DNA from: Gammaproteobacteria bacterium
Lineage (GTDB): Bacteria; Pseudomonadota; Gammaproteobacteria; UBA6429; Thiohalophilaceae
Reading direction: 5' to 3'
Length of the DNA stretch: 34,874 nt
Assembly (NCBI GenBank): GCA_024639445.1
Contig: JAHEIJ010000001.1
Coordinates: 1-34,874, forward strand
Shown: positions 1-8,357 of the stretch, one piece after another
Position numbering within the stretch: position 1 is the stretch's first letter
Layout: each line of letters begins with the position of its first letter
The notes under the pieces: generated by a model
What the model was told of the DNA's origin: nothing
Database searches by the model: none
The model's input: only the letters and a program-made list of their open reading frames with translations
Program-made: the position numbers and the translations under genes

Positions 1-377
1 CAGACGCCTCCTGACACACCTGCGTCAATAAAGTGAATGCCAAGCTCATTTAGCTGCTTTGCACGTCGCATGGAGTCCTTGTAAAAAGAATTAGCACCGT
101 CAATAAGGATATCACCTTCATTAAGTAGGTCGGACAGCTGATCAATATGTTGCTGTGTGATATCCCCTGCAGGTAACATCAACCAGATAACACGTGGCGT
201 GGGTAATAGCTCGACAAGCCCATCCAGTGATGCCGTTGCCGTAAGCCCTGTTTCCTCGGCTAGCGAACGGGTAATCTCTGGATTACGATTATAAGCAGCG
301 AGCTTGACATTCGCACGCCGTAATCGCCGTGCCATATTTGCACCCATGCGCCCAAGACCAATCAAACCAAGTTCCAT
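1..377 (-). CDS. gnd: 6-phosphogluconate dehydrogenase (decarboxylating, short Gnd/YqeC-like type). Only the N-terminal part is present; the C-terminus lies beyond the left window edge.
   Basis: Hand translation of the reverse strand from ATG (377-375) gives MELGLIGLGRMGANMARRL...VIWLMLPAG...ILIDGANSFYKDS..RRAKQLNELGIHFIDAGVSGGV. This shows the Rossmann GxGxMG motif and the DG(G/A)NS and SGG motifs of the 6PGDH NAD-binding domain. It is absent from the ORF track because it runs off the window. Confidence 0.85.
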   Translation of the reverse strand, partial: MELGLIGLGRMGANMARRLRRANVKLAAYNRNPEITRSLAEETGLTATASLDGLVELLPTPRVIWLMLPAGDITQQHIDQLSDLLNEGDILIDGANSFYKDSMRRAKQLNELGIHFIDAGVSGGV

Positions 378-727
378 CACCTCACCCCTTTGGAGTTTGC
401 ATAATCATGAGATTAACTTACTAAATATTAGATTAAAACAAACGACTGATGATTGTATAGAGAAGAAAGGGCTTATTATTTGACGTAATATTAATGTAGC
501 ATACTATTCGCACTGTCTTAGTGCGAACGCTCTAACTGTATCACTAATCCAGTGCACCAAAATACTTACATGCTTTACCGGCAATACTATTGGTTTTTGA
601 ACATTCATAATACGAGCTTTACAACGACAAATGGCGTCCGCTGGGCATGCAGGCCTGAAAAGGCAATTAACCGAAATTAGTCGTTGAGCTCGATTTTAAT
701 ATAGCTGGTACATTCTCTACCATTATT

Positions 728-1657
728 TCAGCTTTGTTGCGCCTTCAGGCTAAATTTCCTGGCTTCCGCCTCAATGAAAATTCGCTTTATTTGCGGATAT
801 TGCGTTTTTATCGTATTATCGATTTCAGCAATCACGGATTCAACGCCACTAGCAGTTTCATTATCTCTGAAATCTACACTAATATTTGCCAGCACAAAAT
901 CCGGTCCCATATGCATTGTTAGAACTTCATTTATGTGTTGGATTTGTCTATATCCTTGCAGAATATTACGTATCCCTCGAACCACGCTTGCATTAGCGCT
1001 TTCTCCAATTAACAAACTCTTGGTTTCATAAGCCAGCCAAATCGCTGTTCCAACAAGTATGAGACCGATAATTACTGATGCCACACCATCAAAATAAAGG
1101 ATCCCCGTCATGTCTGCCAAAGCAACGCCGGCAAAAGCAACCATGAGTCCCAGCATTGCCGCGGTATCCTCAAACAAAACAACAAACAACGACGGATCCT
1201 TGCCCCGTTGTACTGCTTCTATATAACCCCATTTACCTTTCGCACGAGTAAACTCACGTAAGGCAAATAACCATGCAGCGCCCTCAAAAAGCATCGCCAG
1301 ACCCAGCACAATATAATTGATAAAAGGTTTATCAATAGCTTTGGGGTGCTGCAAATGCTGCACACCTTCATAAATAGATATCCCTCCACCGAGAGCGAAT
1401 ATCAGAATAGCAACAATAAAACTCCAGAAGTAAATTTCTTTACCATGACCGAATGGGAATTTTTCATCAGCCGGTTTTTTTGCCTGTTTCAATCCATGTA
1501 ATAGCAACACCTGATTACCGGTATCTACCAGAGAGTGAATACCTTCCGACAACATCGCAGAGCTGCCAGTAACAAATGCAGCTGTAAATTTGGTTATTGC
1601 AATTAATGAATTTCCAATTAAGGCTGCAAATATTACTTTTTTTGATCCTGTTGCCAT
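728..1657 (-). CDS. Cation diffusion facilitator (CDF) family metal efflux transporter
   Basis: Six hydrophobic segments. CDF signature HSLVDTGNQ in TM2 and D/H-rich TM5 (FEDTAAMLG). C-terminal cytoplasmic domain (HINEVLTMHMGPDFVLANISVDF). ATG at 1657 is preferred over the TTG at 1705 given by the ORF track. Confidence 0.9.
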   Translation of the reverse strand: MATGSKKVIFAALIGNSLIAITKFTAAFVTGSSAMLSEGIHSLVDTGNQVLLLHGLKQAKKPADEKFPFGHGKEIYFWSFIVAILIFALGGGISIYEGVQHLQHPKAIDKPFINYIVLGLAMLFEGAAWLFALREFTRAKGKWGYIEAVQRGKDPSLFVVLFEDTAAMLGLMVAFAGVALADMTGILYFDGVASVIIGLILVGTAIWLAYETKSLLIGESANASVVRGIRNILQGYRQIQHINEVLTMHMGPDFVLANISVDFRDNETASGVESVIAEIDNTIKTQYPQIKRIFIEAEARKFSLKAQQS

Positions 1658-1800
1658 TATTATTCCGTTTTTAACACAGATTTGAAAATTTGTTTTTAAT
1701 ATCAACTCTCGTCATAGATTTGCCAGAGGTATAGCATAAATTGGGGTTAAATTTTATCCATTTTAATTAAACAACGTTAATTGCGCTTCAATATTTCAGA

Positions 1801-2406
1801 CTAGGAACTCTGGGGCTGAGTTATTTGCATTGATGTGCGTTCTGCAAAAGAAGAATACCATTTGGCCAATAATGGTTGCTTATAACGCCACTTATCACTG
1901 GAAAATCGAAAGTCCAGATAACCCAGAGCACAAGCCACTGTGATCTGTCCTATAGTTAGGTTTTTAACCCAGTCATCTATGTTATTTTCAAGATACACCA
2001 ATGCACGTTGAATCGCTGAAAGCTGAGTAGCGTCCCAATCGCTGGATTGCTGTACCTCGGGGCGTTTTCGTTCCAGAAACCGCATTACAGCGGCATCAAG
2101 TATTCCATCACCCAGCGCCTGAAGGCGCAACGCCATCCACCGTTCCATGCCTGCTACCGGAATCAATTTTTGTCCGGTATTTAAACTATCAAGATACTCA
2201 CAGATTACCGGAGAATCATATAACACGGCTCCATCGTCCATAATTAGCGTCGGCACCTTGGAGAGCGGGTTATCTGCCAACAGGCTGGTATCCGCTAGCC
2301 AGGGGTTAGTGACAATGTTCTCAATTTTTTCATCCAACCCTGCCTCAATAGCAAACACATATACCTTGCGAACATAAGGGGAAGTGGCTGAATAATATAA
2401 TTTCAT
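1801..2406 (-). CDS. Glutathione S-transferase family protein
   Basis: N-terminal thioredoxin-like GST fold (MKLYYSATSPYVRKV..., KVPTL, DSPVICEYL), followed by a helical C-terminal domain. Confidence 0.85.
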   Translation of the reverse strand: MKLYYSATSPYVRKVYVFAIEAGLDEKIENIVTNPWLADTSLLADNPLSKVPTLIMDDGAVLYDSPVICEYLDSLNTGQKLIPVAGMERWMALRLQALGDGILDAAVMRFLERKRPEVQQSSDWDATQLSAIQRALVYLENNIDDWVKNLTIGQITVACALGYLDFRFSSDKWRYKQPLLAKWYSSFAERTSMQITQPQSS

Positions 2407-2473
2407 ACTCTCGATCCTTTACATCAGGTGTAATAATCCAGATATTATCTTAGGGGTTTTCCGAATAATTCAT

Positions 2474-2503
2474 AGCAAGAAAACGGCCTACTTGGGCCGT
2501 TTT
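2474..2503 (-). terminator. Rho-independent terminator downstream of the lysine-rich protein gene
   Basis: Perfect 9-bp stem AAAACGGCC (2480-2488) / GGCCGTTTT (2495-2503) with a 6-nt loop. On the minus strand the stem is followed by TTTTCTT. It lies 13 nt after the stop at 2516. Confidence 0.7.
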
Positions 2504-2515
2504 CTGATATTGATG

Positions 2516-2935
2516 TTATGATGCTGAAACTTTCTTGCGACGCTTCTTACTCGCTGCTTTTTTAATTCTGGCAACCTGCTTTCTCTCCCACCGCTCTCCT
2601 GCGGCGAGCATCGCTCTGGCTTTCTTCTCACCCAGTTTCAGGAGTTCATTTTCACGCTTCAATGCCGCAGCAAGCTGCTCCTTCAATACATCCATTTCTG
2701 CCTTGGCAACCTCCTTGCTGGCTTTCAGGTTTTCACTGGTGACGGCTCTCAATTCTCTCAACTCAGCTTTGGCATCTCTGAATTTTTCTCGTAATGTAGC
2801 CATTGCCTCTTTACGTTTTGCAGCGGCTTTCTTTTTGGTCGCTGCTGCTTTTTTCTTGGAAACTTTTTTTCGGGTAGTTGCCTTTTTCTTTGCTACTGTC
2901 TTTTTCTTTCTGGTTTTTTTCTTTGCCATAGCCAT
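2516..2935 (-). CDS. Lysine/alanine-rich basic protein with central coiled coil (histone H1-like / AlgP-like tails)
   Basis: MAMAKKKTRKKKTVAKKKATTRKKVSKKKAAATKKKAAAKRK at the N-terminus and KKAASKKRRKKVSAS at the C-terminus, flanking a heptad-like helical core. GGGAGA Shine-Dalgarno lies 8 nt upstream of the ATG, and a terminator follows. Confidence 0.75.
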   Translation of the reverse strand: MAMAKKKTRKKKTVAKKKATTRKKVSKKKAAATKKKAAAKRKEAMATLREKFRDAKAELRELRAVTSENLKASKEVAKAEMDVLKEQLAAALKRENELLKLGEKKARAMLAAGERWERKQVARIKKAASKKRRKKVSAS

Positions 2936-3102
2936 GATATTGTCTCCCTTTTGTAAGTATTAAGCTGACTGTGAACATTACACAATGCCCATCCTGTATA
3001 TATTAAAGGATAGATTAAATATAGACCAGGTACTAATCATTGTAAGTACCTGCCTGTTAAATAAAATAAATAAAATTCTATCTAATATTTTATCAAGACA
3101 TT

Positions 3103-3534
3103 TTATTGTGCAATCACGCTTGGTATCTGATCGACTTCAATCACGTGTAAATGCACTCTTTCGTCAAGATTCTTAAGACTTTCGAATTTCTGAGACAATA
3201 TTTCACGGACTGACTGGTCTCCCAGGATCGATACAACCAGCCGAAAACGGCTAAATCCTCCATTATCTCGCATCTCTCGCCCCCGGTTGAAAAGCTGCTC
3301 TAGCTTGCTTACCAGGACTTTTCCATCTTTTGGCTTGAGCAGGTAAACAAGCAACTTGCCACCAATCATAATCAGATCACCTTGTGATATGTCAACGAAA
3401 TTTGACGGATTTTTTTCCAAATTAATGTTCAGAAACACCTCATTTGGACATGTGCAGCCGAGCACCCCCTGAACAAATCTTTTAATAGCCTTTTTATCTG
3501 TTCCAGATATTACCGTCATGTGATTTCTTATCAC
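3103..3534 (-). CDS. Hypothetical protein (no family recognised)
   Basis: 143-codon ORF with a GTG start at 3534 preceded by AGGA; the alternative ATG is at 3519. It is co-directional with and 55 nt downstream of the DUF4389 gene. Contains GCTCPNEVF, and I recognise no other motif. Confidence 0.6.
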   Translation of the reverse strand: MIRNHMTVISGTDKKAIKRFVQGVLGCTCPNEVFLNINLEKNPSNFVDISQGDLIMIGGKLLVYLLKPKDGKVLVSKLEQLFNRGREMRDNGGFSRFRLVVSILGDQSVREILSQKFESLKNLDERVHLHVIEVDQIPSVIAQ

Positions 3535-3589
3535 TTATTCCTGATATCCGAAAAAATACAAACACGAGACATAACATCAACTTTCATTC

Positions 3590-3952
3590 TTAATCTGATG
3601 GCTTTTCAATTTCCTTTACGTTTTCACTGGTTCCGCCCTTACCAGCCACCTTGCTTTGATTGGCGGACTCTTTTGGTGTTCCTTTTGGCCAGGCGCCAAA
3701 TGGGTATGGATAGTAATCACTATTGAAGGTCAGAAACTGCAGGATTTGATATACATAGGTACTAAGGCTTTGCCCCAGCTTTAACAACCGCTCATTCGAG
3801 TTTCCGGTAAACAAGGCCAATAAAAACTGGAAGACGACTACTGCCGTAATAACGACCTCCGCCACTGTATAAAAAAGGGCAAACAACAACATGTACAAAC
3901 CCCGTAGCCAGGTTTTACGTTCTTTTAAATGTGCTTTGAGTTCATCGGTCAT
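3590..3952 (-). CDS. DUF4389 domain membrane protein
   Basis: WLRGLYMLLFALFY...VVVFQFLLALFTGNSNERL...YPYPFGAWP matches the DUF4389 pattern as I remember it (WLR..YMLLF, two TM helices, PFPF..WP). GAGGTGA Shine-Dalgarno lies upstream. Confidence 0.85.
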   Translation of the reverse strand: MTDELKAHLKERKTWLRGLYMLLFALFYTVAEVVITAVVVFQFLLALFTGNSNERLLKLGQSLSTYVYQILQFLTFNSDYYPYPFGAWPKGTPKESANQSKVAGKGGTSENVKEIEKPSD

Positions 3953-4037
3953 GTTTTTTTCACCTCATTATTATTGATTGATTTAATATTTCGAAATAGC
4001 GTTTCTCACCCTCTGGTAGTTAATTCCCTACCAATAC

Positions 4038-4517
4038 CTAGTCACCGGTTTTCTTGTAAGTACCAACCAGTTCAGCCTGTGCAATGACATGTCCTTGCAT
4101 GGCGGCTTCAACCTCTGCCTTGGTTGGGGTACTCAGGTTTTCCAGGATGGTATCCAGAACGTAGAGTTTGAAGAAATAGCGATGCCGGCCAATTGGTGGG
4201 CATGGGCCTCCATAGCCGATATTGTTCCAGTCATTCAGGCCCTGTTTCGTTCCAACCGGCAGCATGTCTGCTATAGCGCCTTCGGGTAAGCCTCTTACAT
4301 CCGATGGTAGGTTGTAAACTACCCAGTGCACCCAGGTCATCCTGGGGGCATCTGGATCAGGCGCATCCGGATCATCGACGATCAGGACCAGGCTTTGCGC
4401 ATTTTCAGGTACACCATCCCATTCCAGCGGAGGTGCCACGTCATCGCCTTCACACGTATATTTGGAGGGGACTACCCCGCCCTCGTTGAATACACTGGAA
4501 TTCAGTGACAGTGTCAT
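4038..4517 (-). CDS. YbhB/YbcL family Raf-kinase-inhibitor-like (PEBP) protein
   Basis: DDPDAP...HWVVYN...GYGGPCPPIGRHRYFFKLYVLD are the PEBP hallmark motifs. ATG at 4517 follows GAGGGAGAG, whereas the ORF-track start at 4544 has no RBS. Confidence 0.9.
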   Translation of the reverse strand: MTLSLNSSVFNEGGVVPSKYTCEGDDVAPPLEWDGVPENAQSLVLIVDDPDAPDPDAPRMTWVHWVVYNLPSDVRGLPEGAIADMLPVGTKQGLNDWNNIGYGGPCPPIGRHRYFFKLYVLDTILENLSTPTKAEVEAAMQGHVIAQAELVGTYKKTGD

Positions 4518-4933
4518 TATTCTCTCCCTCGCAGTACATGCCATGCAGACAAGTGCTACTGTCTGTCAGACATTGTTAATTTCTTATTAATCAATAATAA
4601 GATACAAATGCGCCCTGAACAAAAATAAGTAACGAATTGAATATCTATATGCCCGTAGCGAAATTCACCACTGGCATCTCCGTTGGTTTTCTATCGGGCT
4701 CAGATAAATATTACAGGAATAAGCAATATTTCCCTGATTGACTATTTTTTGGTCACCACTGCGCTGGTTTAATTGTTACAATTTTAGGACAATGCCCACT
4801 AGTTAATAATAGTGACCAATAGTAAATAACGCACCATGATACGCTGGTATTTTTGCTTTATATACCAATTTATGTAAACACATTCACGGTGGTACTCCAC
4901 CAGTTAACACATTCCCCGAGCAGATCTGAGATT

Positions 4934-6508
4934 ATGGAACTTAAAAGCATTGCCTCGATTAAGCAGGCAACACTCTTCGGACACCGCGAACTGTTTCGGC
5001 TAGGCTTCAGCCTCATTTTTATCCTTGGCATCGTCTTTTTTGCCAATTTCAAGGTTGGTGACATTCCGGGCAGCACCATGCTCGTCATCGCCGCTGTCAT
5101 TGGGGCTTACATGGCAATCAACATTGGGGCCAATGATGTCGCCAACAACGTCGGCCCGGCAGTGGGTTCCAAGGCGCTCTCTCTGGTCGGCGCCATTCTG
5201 ATTGCCACCATTTTTGAAGCCGCGGGGGCACTGATTGCCGGTGGAGACGTAATTAGCACCATCAAAAAAGGCATTATCGATCCGTCGATGATTAGCAACC
5301 CGGATACCTTTATCTGGTTGATGATGGCGGCACTGTTGGCTGGCGCGGTCTGGTTGAATATTGCCACGGCACTGGGGGCACCCGTGTCCACCACCCATTC
5401 CATCGTCGGCGCGGTGCTGGGAGCCGGCATCGCCGCCGGTGGCTGGGAAGTCGCCAACTGGGACAAAATGGGTGCGATTGCTGCAAGTTGGGTCATTTCA
5501 CCCTTGTGTGGCGGCCTGATTGCCGCCGGCTTCCTTTACCTCATCAAACGCAGCATCACCTATCAGGCCGACATGACGGCGGCAGCCCGTAAAATGGTTC
5601 CCTTGTTGGTGGCACTCATGGCATGGGCATTCAGTACCTATCTGATCCTCAAAGGACTGAAAAAAATCTGGAAATTCGAGTTTCATGAGGCTGCGTTGAT
5701 CGGCTTTATTATCGCTATAGTTGTCTACTTCATAATCAAGCCACTGATCGGCAAACAAGCTAATAAGCTGAAGAATGATAAACCCAGCATCAACAAATTG
5801 TTTACCATCCCGCTGATTTTTGCCGCCGCCTTACTCAGTTTTGCCCATGGAGCCAATGACGTTGCCAACGCCGTCGGTCCCCTGGCCGCCATCAATGCGG
5901 CCATCGTCGGTGAAGGTGTTACCACCAAGGCCGCTATTCCACTCTGGGTCATGATGATTGGTGCCATGGGTATTGCAATCGGACTCGCGCTTTATGGTCC
6001 CAAGCTCATCCGCACCGTAGGTACGGAAATCACCGACCTGGACCAAAGTCGTGCCTTCTGTATCGCCATGGCTGCGGCGATCACGGTCATCTTTGCTAGT
6101 CAGTTGGGCCTGCCCGTGAGTTCGACCCATATTGCAGTCGGTGCCGTGTTTGGTGTGGGTTTCCTGCGTGAGTTTATCAAATCCAGCTACGCCAAGATGA
6201 TTGACGAGATCAAGCGACACCATATCGGTAAGAATCAAAATGAAGTCGAAGCTTTCCTGCAGAAATTCAATCGCGCCTCGATTGCCAACAAGGGCTTGAT
6301 GCTGAAACAACTCAAACAGCAGGCTAAGAAAACAACCCCGATTATCACCAAGGAAGAACGGAAAGCCCTGCGCAAAGTCTACCGCAAGGACCTGGTTAAA
6401 CGTTCTGCTTTTATAAAGATTATCGCTGCCTGGGTGATCACTGTGCCCATGTCGGGTTTAATGGCCGCCATGCTGTTTTTCACGATACGCGGTATGCTTC
6501 TGCCCTAA
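4934..6508 (+). CDS. pit: Inorganic phosphate transporter, PiT (PitA/PHO4) family
   Basis: Duplicated GANDVAN(A/N)VGP signature (N- and C-terminal halves), many TM segments and a basic hydrophilic central loop. ATG at 4934 (MELKSI...) is preferred to the TTG at 4853. Confidence 0.92.
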   Translation: MELKSIASIKQATLFGHRELFRLGFSLIFILGIVFFANFKVGDIPGSTMLVIAAVIGAYMAINIGANDVANNVGPAVGSKALSLVGAILIATIFEAAGALIAGGDVISTIKKGIIDPSMISNPDTFIWLMMAALLAGAVWLNIATALGAPVSTTHSIVGAVLGAGIAAGGWEVANWDKMGAIAASWVISPLCGGLIAAGFLYLIKRSITYQADMTAAARKMVPLLVALMAWAFSTYLILKGLKKIWKFEFHEAALIGFIIAIVVYFIIKPLIGKQANKLKNDKPSINKLFTIPLIFAAALLSFAHGANDVANAVGPLAAINAAIVGEGVTTKAAIPLWVMMIGAMGIAIGLALYGPKLIRTVGTEITDLDQSRAFCIAMAAAITVIFASQLGLPVSSTHIAVGAVFGVGFLREFIKSSYAKMIDEIKRHHIGKNQNEVEAFLQKFNRASIANKGLMLKQLKQQAKKTTPIITKEERKALRKVYRKDLVKRSAFIKIIAAWVITVPMSGLMAAMLFFTIRGMLLP

Positions 6509-6559
6509 GCGATAACTGCATAAATTTTAGGGTTAGGCACTTTGATCATTAAAAGATGC

Positions 6560-7171
6560 TTATTTCAACAGCGAACGGATCCGCCTGAGGTTTTCTTCCA
6601 CATCCGTATAACTGTGCTCAATAAACCGGGTGGTGCCTTCATACTGTAACACCAGGCTGGGAAAACCTTGTGCCCCAAGCTGCTCTGCCAAAATAATTTC
6701 CTGCTGTAAAACGGTATCGATTTCGTTGGAATGGATCTGTTCAATAAAGCGTTGCCGCTCCAGTCCTAAATCCTCAGCAAGTTGGTACAGGTTTTCATAT
6801 TCAGATGGATTTCCCGCCTTTTGGTAGTAAAGCTGTTGGATAGCCGCATACATCTCCAGCTCCAGGCCAGACTGACGAGCCACCAACACCGCCTTGCAGG
6901 CCGGGTAGGTAGAGCGTTTGGGGGTATTCAAATTCCAGAAGTCATGATTAAAACAGACCCCGGTATGTTCGGTGACTTTACGCCAGGCTTGTTGCAGATA
7001 GGTCTGCATTTCATCCGACATGGGTGTGTGGGTCTCTGAAGCCAGCCCGCCAACCACATAAACAATACCCAGTTCACCCTCTAGTCGTTCCCGCACCTGG
7101 TCCCATACCGGCTTAAAACCCCAGCACCAGCTACACATGGGATCGTACAAATAATAAAGCACCGGCTTCAC
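6560..7171 (-). CDS. DsbA-family thioredoxin-fold protein (FrnE / HCCA-isomerase-like, cytoplasmic)
   Basis: N-terminal YDPMCSWCWGF CxxC motif and no signal peptide. GTG start at 7171. Confidence 0.8.
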   Translation of the reverse strand: MKPVLYYLYDPMCSWCWGFKPVWDQVRERLEGELGIVYVVGGLASETHTPMSDEMQTYLQQAWRKVTEHTGVCFNHDFWNLNTPKRSTYPACKAVLVARQSGLELEMYAAIQQLYYQKAGNPSEYENLYQLAEDLGLERQRFIEQIHSNEIDTVLQQEIILAEQLGAQGFPSLVLQYEGTTRFIEHSYTDVEENLRRIRSLLK

Positions 7172-7196
7172 AAAGGTACCCAGGAAAGCCGGTGCT
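7158..7196 (-). terminator. Strong hairpin between the DsrC-like and DsbA-like genes. It could be a terminator or a translational control element, because it overlaps the DsbA-like start codon.
   Basis: Perfect 11-bp stem AGCACCGGCTT (7158-7168) / AAGCCGGTGCT (7186-7196) with a 17-nt loop. On the minus strand it is followed by TTTATTATTT. The GTG start (7171-7169) sits at the loop/stem junction. Confidence 0.45.
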
Positions 7197-7247
7197 GTAA
7201 AAATAAGCGGTGATTAAATATATTCACATCGCCTGTAACAAAAAAAT

Positions 7248-7634
7248 TCAGGAAACCGAACCAAATGACTCGTTGCTGCTATCCTTGGGCACGGGAATAC
7301 CGGCTATCCTTGCACCTTGACTCACCGGACCATCCGGAAACAGGGTATACAAATATTTCAATCCACCTTGGATCTGAAATTTCTCTTCCAGGGCGTTCGT
7401 CAATGTCCGTGCATGCTGGCTCGTACCATGTTGCGCATAATGGTCCCGCAGGAACCTGATCACGGTCCAATGGGCATCGGTTAATTCAATTGTTTCCATT
7501 TTCGCAATCGAGCTGGCAGTCTCCTCCGTCCAATCCTCATAATCAGCGTCCTTATCATGAACACCCAGGACCAGTTTTGCTTTCTGCTCATCTGTAAGTA
7601 CGTCTATCATGTCTTCCTCCTTGACTCTTACCAT
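7248..7634 (-). CDS. TusE/DsrC/DsvC family protein lacking both conserved C-terminal cysteines (RspA-like class)
   Basis: LTDAHWTVIRFLRDHY...LKYLYTLFPDGPVSQGARIAGIPVPK matches the DsrC fold motifs (HWEVI.F.R.FY, LFP.GP..QA(C)(K/R)IAGLPKP). The tail is DSSNESFGSVS instead of TGCV. The alternative start is ATG 7610, preceded by GGAGGA. Confidence 0.85.
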   Translation of the reverse strand: MVRVKEEDMIDVLTDEQKAKLVLGVHDKDADYEDWTEETASSIAKMETIELTDAHWTVIRFLRDHYAQHGTSQHARTLTNALEEKFQIQGGLKYLYTLFPDGPVSQGARIAGIPVPKDSSNESFGSVS

Positions 7635-7778
7635 AATTACCTCGAGTTATAACTAAGATATAAAGCTTATTGAGAAAGAATCAATACTAAAAAGTTAGGG
7701 GTTATTTATTGCCAAAGCATTAGAATGTGCTTATATCTTCTTAAATTCAAATAGTTATATCATGTATTAGCGCAACCT

Positions 7779-8345
7779 ATGATAATTTATTTACATGGCT
7801 TCAACAGTACCGGCAATTCGGCCAAAGGGCAGTTCCTAAAAGATCATCTGCCCGATATCCCTATGCTGACACCGACCTACCATCACGACCCTCAAACCGC
7901 GATAGCGTTTCTTGAGCAGCTCGTACGGAGAAATCTGCAGCAAAATCAGCCTCTCATGTTAATCGGATCATCCCTGGGGGGTTACTACACTCAATATCTG
8001 GCACACCAGTTCAATCTGAAAGCGGTCTTGATTAACCCGGCGCTCATGCCACTGGCAACGCTGCATGACTATCTGGGTGAGAATACCAATTTCTACACAG
8101 GGGAAACCTATACTCTGACACAGGCGCATCTGAATGCCTTGCAGGCGCTGGATGTGCCGGATCCCTGTACTGAACCCGTGCCCACTCTCCTGCTACTAGA
8201 TAAGAACGATGAAGTGCTTGATTACCGGATTGCGGCAGAACGTTATCGACATTGTGCCGAGGTAGTCATCTTTGAGGGTGGCGACCACCAGTTTCAGCAC
8301 ATGCCAGAGGCGCTGCCGAGAATCAGGGTTTTTTATACAATCTGA
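7779..8345 (+). CDS. yqiA: YqiA/YcfP family alpha/beta-hydrolase esterase
   Basis: Collinear with E. coli YqiA: IIYLHGFNS...SAK, GSSLGGYY, INPA, DEVLDYR, GGDHQF. Confidence 0.9.
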   Translation: MIIYLHGFNSTGNSAKGQFLKDHLPDIPMLTPTYHHDPQTAIAFLEQLVRRNLQQNQPLMLIGSSLGGYYTQYLAHQFNLKAVLINPALMPLATLHDYLGENTNFYTGETYTLTQAHLNALQALDVPDPCTEPVPTLLLLDKNDEVLDYRIAAERYRHCAEVVIFEGGDHQFQHMPEALPRIRVFYTI

Positions 8346-8357
8346 TTAATTATTACC

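Noticed and set aside
2535-2963. 142-aa Phe/Ala/Leu-rich plus-strand ORF
   Set aside because: It is the mirror image of the AAG/AAA-rich lysine codons of the minus-strand H1-like gene, since TTT/CTT read as Phe/Leu. The minus-strand gene has the RBS and terminator.
4870-6310. Several 76-159-aa minus-strand ORFs inside the PiT transporter gene, and similar ones inside the cytochrome gene (30597-31877)
   Set aside because: They are antisense shadows within strongly supported genes, with compositionally biased translations and no start context.
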